Source: Acidimicrobiaceae bacterium
GTDB lineage: Bacteria > Actinomycetota > Acidimicrobiia > Acidimicrobiales > MedAcidi-G1
Assembly (NCBI GenBank): GCA_002716285.1
Contig: PBAM01000010.1
Span: 15,403-79,402, forward strand
Direction: 5' to 3'
Length of the DNA stretch: 64,000 nucleotides
The position numbers were made by a program, and so were the translations under genes. How positions within the stretch are numbered: the first letter of the stretch is position 1; every line of letters starts with the position of its first letter. Below the pieces are notes generated by a model. It saw nothing but the letters and a program-made list of their open reading frames with translations, ran no database searches and was not told where the DNA came from. Below, piece by piece: positions 57,997 through 64,000 of this stretch.

Positions 57997-60900
57997 CTAC
58001 GTGATTGAAGTGGGAACAGGAACCAAATCTTTTAAGTACTCACTTAATGCCCCAACCGGATTCTTCTCTGGTATAGGAATTTGTAACTCTGCAGAACTCT
58101 CTTTTAAATAAGCTTGAGGATGCAATCTTTCTAAACGGGTTTGTTTACTGAGCGGTAGTAAAACAGGCGAACAACGGGCTAAAAAACCTGAATTCAAATT
58201 TTTTCTTTTAGTAACCGTGACTTCTTTTATGCCGCGTTCAACACAGAGAGTTCGCAAATAACCTATTGCTAGAAGTTTTTCTGCTTCTTCTGGGATCGGA
58301 CCGTACCTGTCTTCCCATTCTTGTCTTACTTCTTCGACTTTTGAAGGGTCTGAAGTTTCTCCCGCTGAAGCAAGTTTTCTATACGCTTCAAGTCTTAAAT
58401 CCCCACGAGCCACATAATTCTCAGGCAAATACGCGTCTACAGGCATTTCCACTCTAATTTCAGTTGTAGCAACTTCTTGAACTCCTGATGCTTCTGACAC
58501 TGCCTCGTTCACCATTTGACAGTAAAGGTCATAACCAACTGAAGCCACATGTCCACTCTGCCCAGTTCCCAAAAGGTTTCCTGCGCCTCTTATCTCTAGG
58601 TCTTTCATTGCTAAACGAAACCCAGAACCCAGTTCCGTTGTCTCACCGATTGTCCTCAACCTCTCAAAGGCTTCCTCGCTGAGTGATCGATCAATAGGTG
58701 TAAATAAATATGCATAAGCCCTCTGACCTGATCTACCAACCCTTCCGCGCAACTGATGCAATTGACCAAGTCCTAAGAGATCCGCTCTATCTACAACCAA
58801 CGTATTTACGGTCGGCATGTCAATTCCGGATTCAACGATCGTAGTGCAAACCAATACATCATATTTCTGTTCCCAAAAATCTATAATCACTTTCTCCAAA
58901 GAAGATTCATCCATCTGTCCGTGAGCGACCGCTACACGTGCATCAGGAATCAACTGTTTGATACCTGCGGCTATCTCTTCAATGTCGTGGACTCTGTTAT
59001 GTACGAAAAAAACCTGCCCCTCGCGTAATAACTCTCGTCGTATCGCTTCCACCACTGCACTTTCGTTATATTCACCAACAAAAGTAAGTATTGGTTGCCG
59101 ATCCGCTGGAGGAGTGTCGATTAGGCTTAGGTCCCTGATTCCTGTTAATGACATTTCTAGAGTTCGAGGAATTGGAGTGGCTGTCAAAGTCAAGATATCC
59201 ACTTGCGCTTTCATAGCTTTAATAGCCTCTTTATGACTTACCCCGAACCTCTGCTCTTCATCAACGATCAATAAACCAAGATCCTTGAAGGAGACATCCT
59301 GAGAAAGAAGCCTGTGCGTTCCGATTACTATGTCCACGGATCCATCCTCTAAATCTGAGAGAACTTTTCGCGCCTGAGCTTGTGTCAGGAACCTACTGAG
59401 AACTTCCACTCTGATCGGATAAGGAACTAGACGCTCTCTAAAGGTTTCTCCATGTTGCTGAGCTAACAGTGTCGTGGGCACGAGAATCGCCACTTGACAG
59501 CCATCTTGAACCGCTTTGAATGCTGCCCTAAGAGCAACCTCTGTTTTTCCAAATCCGACATCTCCACATATGACACGATCCATCGGGAAGGGTCTTTCCA
59601 TATCAATCTTTACTTCTTCTATGGCTCTTAATTGGTCAGGGGTTTCTTCAAAGGGAAATGCTTGTTCTAGTTCTGATTGCCATGGTGAGTCTTTTGCAAA
59701 TGAGCGACCTTCTGAATTGATTCTTTTTTTGTAGAGCTCCACTAAGTCGGAAGCTATTTCTGAGATAGCAGACTTCACCCGAGATTTAGTTCGTTCCCAT
59801 TCAATTCCTCCCATCCTTGAAAGAGTGGGAACATCACCAGCGCTATAAGGTCTGATCACTTCAATTTGATCTGTAGGCAGGTAAAGACGGTCACTGCCTT
59901 TGTACTCCAATAACAAATAATCCTTCTCAGCTCCACCTAGTTTTTGACTCACTAAACCCGCAAAACGAGCTATTCCATGATGTTTGTGAACCACATAATC
60001 GCCAATTGAAAAATCCTCAAAAATGCGTACTGTTTCTTTTCCACGTTTCCTTATATGTTTATGAGTTCTGCGTCTACCTGTTATTTCATTTTCTGTAATT
60101 AATGCAAAATTTGAATTTTCTAAAATAAAACCTCGTTCAAGAGACCCGATCGTGATGTGAATTCCCGTAAATCCGACAGTGCGGTTTTTCTTATTTCGTG
60201 AAACTGTTAAACCTTCTTTTTTTAGAATTTCTTCTAATCGATTCGCACTTCCCTCACCGTCTGCCGCTACAACAACGGAATAGTTTTCATCTAATAACTC
60301 TGATATTCGATTTATCTTTCCGGAAACATCAATATGAGATGTGTCAGAAGTTTTAGTCGATTCCCACGTACTTGCTTTTACTTCTGCAGTATTTGTGACG
60401 TTACGAGTGGAATCAATAAACCAAATCGGTGCTTTACAAGATTTCATCGACCTGTCAAAAGAAACATGAAGTTCTGGAAGTTCTGATCCTTCAAAGGACC
60501 ATGTTTCAGCTAGTGACTCAGCTAGTTTTTTCTCTTTTTCTAATAAATCTTTGACTCTGGAATCAAGACGGCTTCTATCTATTAACAACAACAAACCGTC
60601 CCTTGGAAGAATGTCAGCCAATACTGTGTCTTCCTTCAGAAGCCATGGCATAAAAGATTCCATACCATCGAATAACTCACCATTAGCGAGCCTTTCCCAT
60701 TCAGTGGAACCCCAATTCTGCAGGTCAAGCATCGATGCTGCTATCTCTATCATCTCAGAATTTAAAACCAGTTCTCTGCAAGGAAATATCTCGACTTTGT
60801 CTACAGAATGTTTCGTCCTTTGATCAGCTACGCCAAATTCACACAATCTTTCGATCTCATCTCCCCAAAGATCTACACGGACAGGAGAATCAGTTGTCGA

Positions 60901-61455
60901 GGGCCAAATGTCAATTATTGAACCTCTTACAGCCACTTCGCCACGATGTTCAACTTGATACTCTCTTTTATAGCCAAAAGTGATCAGCTTCTCTAAAAAC
61001 TCTCCCTGATCTATCAAATCTCTTGTCTTTAGAGAAATAGGAAATATTTTCTCTTTGGTGGACAACTTCTGCACAAGAGCTCGTGCTGAGGTAACAATTA
61101 CTTCTAGATTTTCATCACAAGTAACTAATCTGTGAAGGACCCTTAATCTTTTACCCATTGTCTCTACCCCTGGGCTGATTCTCTCGAAGGGAAGTGTTTC
61201 CCATGAAGGAAAAAAATCTACTTTTTCAAGACCGAGAAACAATTTCAGATCATTAAAAAGTTTTTCAGCTTCCACATTCGTGGGAGCCACTACCACCAAT
61301 GGTTTTCTTTCGCTTGAACGTGAAATAGTCGCTGAAACAATTGCATGGGCACATTCCGGTACGAAAATTTCAGCATTAGGAAGACCTAACGATTTAACTA
61401 ATGAAGGTTCTTCTTTTAAAAGTTCAGGCAGGGTCTGATAAATCTCATGGTTCAT
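57997..61455 (-). CDS. mfd: Transcription-repair coupling factor
   Basis: VRGSIIDI, GDYVVH..HG, ETPDQ, CGDVGFGKTE, DEEQRFG, TATPIPRTL, QLRGRVGRS, TRCF C-terminus. Confidence 0.97.
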   Translation of the reverse strand: MNHEIYQTLPELLKEEPSLVKSLGLPNAEIFVPECAHAIVSATISRSSERKPLVVVAPTNVEAEKLFNDLKLFLGLEKVDFFPSWETLPFERISPGVETMGKRLRVLHRLVTCDENLEVIVTSARALVQKLSTKEKIFPISLKTRDLIDQGEFLEKLITFGYKREYQVEHRGEVAVRGSIIDIWPSTTDSPVRVDLWGDEIERLCEFGVADQRTKHSVDKVEIFPCRELVLNSEMIEIAASMLDLQNWGSTEWERLANGELFDGMESFMPWLLKEDTVLADILPRDGLLLLIDRSRLDSRVKDLLEKEKKLAESLAETWSFEGSELPELHVSFDRSMKSCKAPIWFIDSTRNVTNTAEVKASTWESTKTSDTSHIDVSGKINRISELLDENYSVVVAADGEGSANRLEEILKKEGLTVSRNKKNRTVGFTGIHITIGSLERGFILENSNFALITENEITGRRRTHKHIRKRGKETVRIFEDFSIGDYVVHKHHGIARFAGLVSQKLGGAEKDYLLLEYKGSDRLYLPTDQIEVIRPYSAGDVPTLSRMGGIEWERTKSRVKSAISEIASDLVELYKKRINSEGRSFAKDSPWQSELEQAFPFEETPDQLRAIEEVKIDMERPFPMDRVICGDVGFGKTEVALRAAFKAVQDGCQVAILVPTTLLAQQHGETFRERLVPYPIRVEVLSRFLTQAQARKVLSDLEDGSVDIVIGTHRLLSQDVSFKDLGLLIVDEEQRFGVSHKEAIKAMKAQVDILTLTATPIPRTLEMSLTGIRDLSLIDTPPADRQPILTFVGEYNESAVVEAIRRELLREGQVFFVHNRVHDIEEIAAGIKQLIPDARVAVAHGQMDESSLEKVIIDFWEQKYDVLVCTTIVESGIDMPTVNTLVVDRADLLGLGQLHQLRGRVGRSGQRAYAYLFTPIDRSLSEEAFERLRTIGETTELGSGFRLAMKDLEIRGAGNLLGTGQSGHVASVGYDLYCQMVNEAVSEASGVQEVATTEIRVEMPVDAYLPENYVARGDLRLEAYRKLASAGETSDPSKVEEVRQEWEDRYGPIPEEAEKLLAIGYLRTLCVERGIKEVTVTKRKNLNSGFLARCSPVLLPLSKQTRLERLHPQAYLKESSAELQIPIPEKNPVGALSEYLKDLVPVPTSIT

Positions 61456-61461
61456 ATGCTG

Positions 61462-62088
61462 TTAAGTTTTTTTATTGAAGATCTGCATTGCATCATCGAA
61501 ACCTGTTTCAAGAACGCTCTCTATCGAGTCCGCTGCATTAACCACGGACAATAATAGTTCTTGACTTTCCTTTTTTCCTGGTTTGGAAAGAACATACTGA
61601 GCACCTTTTTGATTTGGAAAAGGTTTTCCGATGCCAACCCTAATACGACAAAAATCTTGATTTTTTATATGCTGTTTTACGGATCGTAAACCATTGTGCC
61701 CGGCTAAACCTCCACCTTCTTTTAGGCGGATAGCTCCGACCTCTAAGTCCAGTTCGTCATGGACTATCACCAGTTTTTTTACTTCACTTAGTCGATAACG
61801 TTTCATTAATTTCGCCACTGCGATTCCTGAATCGTTCATGAAATTCATCGGGATGGCGAAAACTATTAACTTTTCGTTATGTCTAATTTCGGAAACAAGT
61901 GCTTGTTCTTTTCCCGCTTTTAAACTTGAATTATTACGTTTAACCAACTCGTCTATAACTTCTCGACCAACATTATGTCGGGTACCTGCATACTTCGACC
62001 CTGGGTTTCCAAGCCCGACTACAAGCAACTCGGCTGATTCACCTCGGCGTGTTAATGAAAGACGCTCGCCCCGCACTAATCGGGACAT
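61462..62088 (-). CDS. pth: Peptidyl-tRNA hydrolase
   Basis: GLGNPG..Y..TRHNVG, FMN.SG, HDELD, GHNGLRS, RIRVGIG. Confidence 0.95.
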   Translation of the reverse strand: MSRLVRGERLSLTRRGESAELLVVGLGNPGSKYAGTRHNVGREVIDELVKRNNSSLKAGKEQALVSEIRHNEKLIVFAIPMNFMNDSGIAVAKLMKRYRLSEVKKLVIVHDELDLEVGAIRLKEGGGLAGHNGLRSVKQHIKNQDFCRIRVGIGKPFPNQKGAQYVLSKPGKKESQELLLSVVNAADSIESVLETGFDDAMQIFNKKT

Positions 62089-62099
62089 GCAAATACCTA

Positions 62100-62813
62100 C
62101 TACCCGTCTTCAGCGGCATCTTCAGACTCATCACTGGCACCGCTTTCCTGTCCAGCAGACTCGTCGTCTTCACCTCCGGCAACGTCAACTCCTTCTTCAG
62201 CTTCTTCAAGAGCTGCAAGCTCAGCGGCTTCATCTGCAGCAATCGACTCAAGTGTTGAACGAGTAATCATTCCTACTGCTATCGGGTCTTCAGGATCTCC
62301 TTCAGAGGTAACACCCTCCGGCAAGTTGAGATCCCCTACTCTTACCGCATCCCCAACAGTCAAGGCGGAAATATCGACTTCGATCTCTGTTGGTATTCGA
62401 TCGGGAGGGGCACTTACGGTAAGCGAAAACATATTCTGATCCACCATTCCGTCCGCTGCCGACACTTCGCGTGCTTCACCGATCATTACTAATGGAATGT
62501 CTACAGTAACATTCTTATTTGGATCGATTCTAAGAAAATCAACGTGTAGGACGTCACGCTTAACGGGATGACGTTGGATGTCTTTAACGATGGTCATTTG
62601 TTTTTTGCCATCTATTTCCAATTGGATAATTGCATTTACTCCAGAATCTGTAGTTAATGCACGCCTCAAATCAGGCCAAGTTACAGACAAAGATACAGAT
62701 TCTTTGTTTAGGCCGTATAAAACACCTGGAACAACCCCGTCTTTGCGCACACGGCGACTTGAACTGCTCCCGATCTCTCTCGTTGTATTTGCGGTTAGAA
62801 GTATTTCTTCCAT
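62100..62813 (-). CDS. rplY: 50S ribosomal protein L25 / Ctc with acidic tail
   Basis: SRRVR..G.VPGVLYG, IQRHPV, LHVDF, IP..IEVDIS; start ATG 62813 after GAGG (track start 62834). Confidence 0.93.
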   Translation of the reverse strand: MEEILLTANTTREIGSSSSRRVRKDGVVPGVLYGLNKESVSLSVTWPDLRRALTTDSGVNAIIQLEIDGKKQMTIVKDIQRHPVKRDVLHVDFLRIDPNKNVTVDIPLVMIGEAREVSAADGMVDQNMFSLTVSAPPDRIPTEIEVDISALTVGDAVRVGDLNLPEGVTSEGDPEDPIAVGMITRSTLESIAADEAAELAALEEAEEGVDVAGGEDDESAGQESGASDESEDAAEDG

Positions 62814-62905
62814 AAGATTTTTCCTCAAGTTCAAGTATTGTGACCCGACAGGCGAGTCTAGCCACTGATTTCACAACCCAAACGGCTATCACTAGTCATT
62901 TGTTT

Positions 62906-63886
62906 TTAAACTAAATTATTTCCACCAAATATCTCTGAAACAGAAGTGTCTTCAAATACTGCTCTAATAGCTTCTGCGATTAAAGGAGCTACTGAAAGCA
63001 CTTCGACTTTATCAGTTTGCATATTTTCCGGAAGCGGAAGTGTGTCAGTGACAATAATTTTTTCTATTGGAGATGAGGAAAGCCTTTCGGATGCAGGTCC
63101 TGAAAAAACTCCATGAGTAGCAGCTGCCACAATTTGTGAAGCTCCTCTGTCCGCTAATTGTTCTGCGGCTGAACAAATCGTTCCAGCAGTGTCAATCATG
63201 TCATCAACGAGAATACACACGCGACCATCAACGTCTCCAACCACCTCCCTTGCTTCAACAGTATTAAATGAACTATGACTTCTTCTTTTGTGCACTATCG
63301 CCAGTTCCGCTCCTAAAATCATCGCGTAACGTTCAGCTACTTTCACTCTTCCTGCATCTGGTGAGACAATAGTTAAATCACCATTTAAAGAAGAGAGTCT
63401 TTCAACTAAAACCGGCATGGCGGTTAGGTGGTCTACAGGGCCATCGAAAAATCCTTGTGTTTGACCCGAATGAAGGTCTACGCTCACCAATCTACTTGCA
63501 CCAGCTTCTTTGAAAAGGTTGGCTACAAGTTTGGCGGTAATGGGCTCACGTCCTGAAGCTTTTCGGTCTTGTCTCCCGTAACCATAAGCTGGACAAACTA
63601 CGGTAATCCTCTTCGCTGATGCTCGTTTTGCTGCATCAACCATAATTAATTGTTCCATTAGAGAATCATTGATTGAAGAGCCTTCAGAATCACTGTGGGT
63701 TTGCACTATGAATACGTCACAACCTCGTATCGATTCAGAAAACCTACAATGGATTTCACCGTTGGCAAATTCTGCGAGGTTAGGTTCGCCCAGATTGACA
63801 CCTAATTCTGAAGCAATACTTTCCGCTAATGGTTGGTAAGTTCTACCTGAAACCAAGTAGAGCTTCTTGTTTGTTACCAATTCCAT
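62906..63886 (-). CDS. prs: Ribose-phosphate pyrophosphokinase
   Basis: FANGE, YGYGRQDRK, DLHS.Q.QGFF, VSPDAGRV, DDMIDTAGT, ATHG. Confidence 0.97.
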   Translation of the reverse strand: MELVTNKKLYLVSGRTYQPLAESIASELGVNLGEPNLAEFANGEIHCRFSESIRGCDVFIVQTHSDSEGSSINDSLMEQLIMVDAAKRASAKRITVVCPAYGYGRQDRKASGREPITAKLVANLFKEAGASRLVSVDLHSGQTQGFFDGPVDHLTAMPVLVERLSSLNGDLTIVSPDAGRVKVAERYAMILGAELAIVHKRRSHSSFNTVEAREVVGDVDGRVCILVDDMIDTAGTICSAAEQLADRGASQIVAAATHGVFSGPASERLSSSPIEKIIVTDTLPLPENMQTDKVEVLSVAPLIAEAIRAVFEDTSVSEIFGGNNLV

Positions 63887-64000
63887 GCTGAACTCTTACC
63901 TTCCATTCTTTGTATATAACGAGCATAGATCATGATGAGAAGGATTCTTTCTTAAAATAACTTTTAGCAGACATAAAGTGGTTTAAGGGGAACTCTTACA

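Noticed and set aside
62835-62905. Structured L25 leader between prs and rplY
   Set aside because: Only 5-bp inverted repeats; a TAGACT -10 could explain the region; not supportable without covariation.
63890-63999. 10-bp direct repeat GAACTCTTAC upstream of prs
   Set aside because: Two copies 100 nt apart at the window edge; compatible with chance.

Overview
AT-rich, gene-dense bacterial chromosome segment, most consistent with a marine Acidimicrobiia (Actinomycetota). This rests on the prs-rplY-pth-mfd-mazG-eno-ftsB...DUF501-ppx core block, a mycothiol-dependent MDMPI-family gene, a FadA5-like thiolase and several leaderless-type promoters. The right half (about 37.6-64 kb) is housekeeping DNA. 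An ~11 kb molybdo-hydroxylase (form II cox-like) cluster with an embedded ABC exporter interrupts it between ftsB and DUF501. The left half (1-37.6 kb, beyond the 3' end of tRNA-Leu(UAA)) is catabolic: acyl-CoA/thiolase genes, choline dehydrogenase, a DmdA-like demethylase, P450, hydantoinase A/B, two ABC importers without binding proteins, split aconitase X, and mtnA with an aldolase-SDR fusion. The main hidden signal is two selenoprotein genes that the ORF track splits at an in-frame TGA. One is a UGSC-family protein (7403-7936, motif UxxC, resembling the GrdB/PrdB catalytic region) next to betA and the dmdA-like gene. The other is an AhpD-like protein (28451-29026, motif CxxU) in an operon with a non-canonical class IV PLP enzyme and a sulfotransferase-like protein. 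Each TGA is followed by a hairpin with loop G-U at positions 23-24, the geometry of the E. coli fdhF SECIS. No integrase, transposase, CRISPR array, rRNA or Sec machinery was seen. Family calls come from motif recognition by eye, not database searches.
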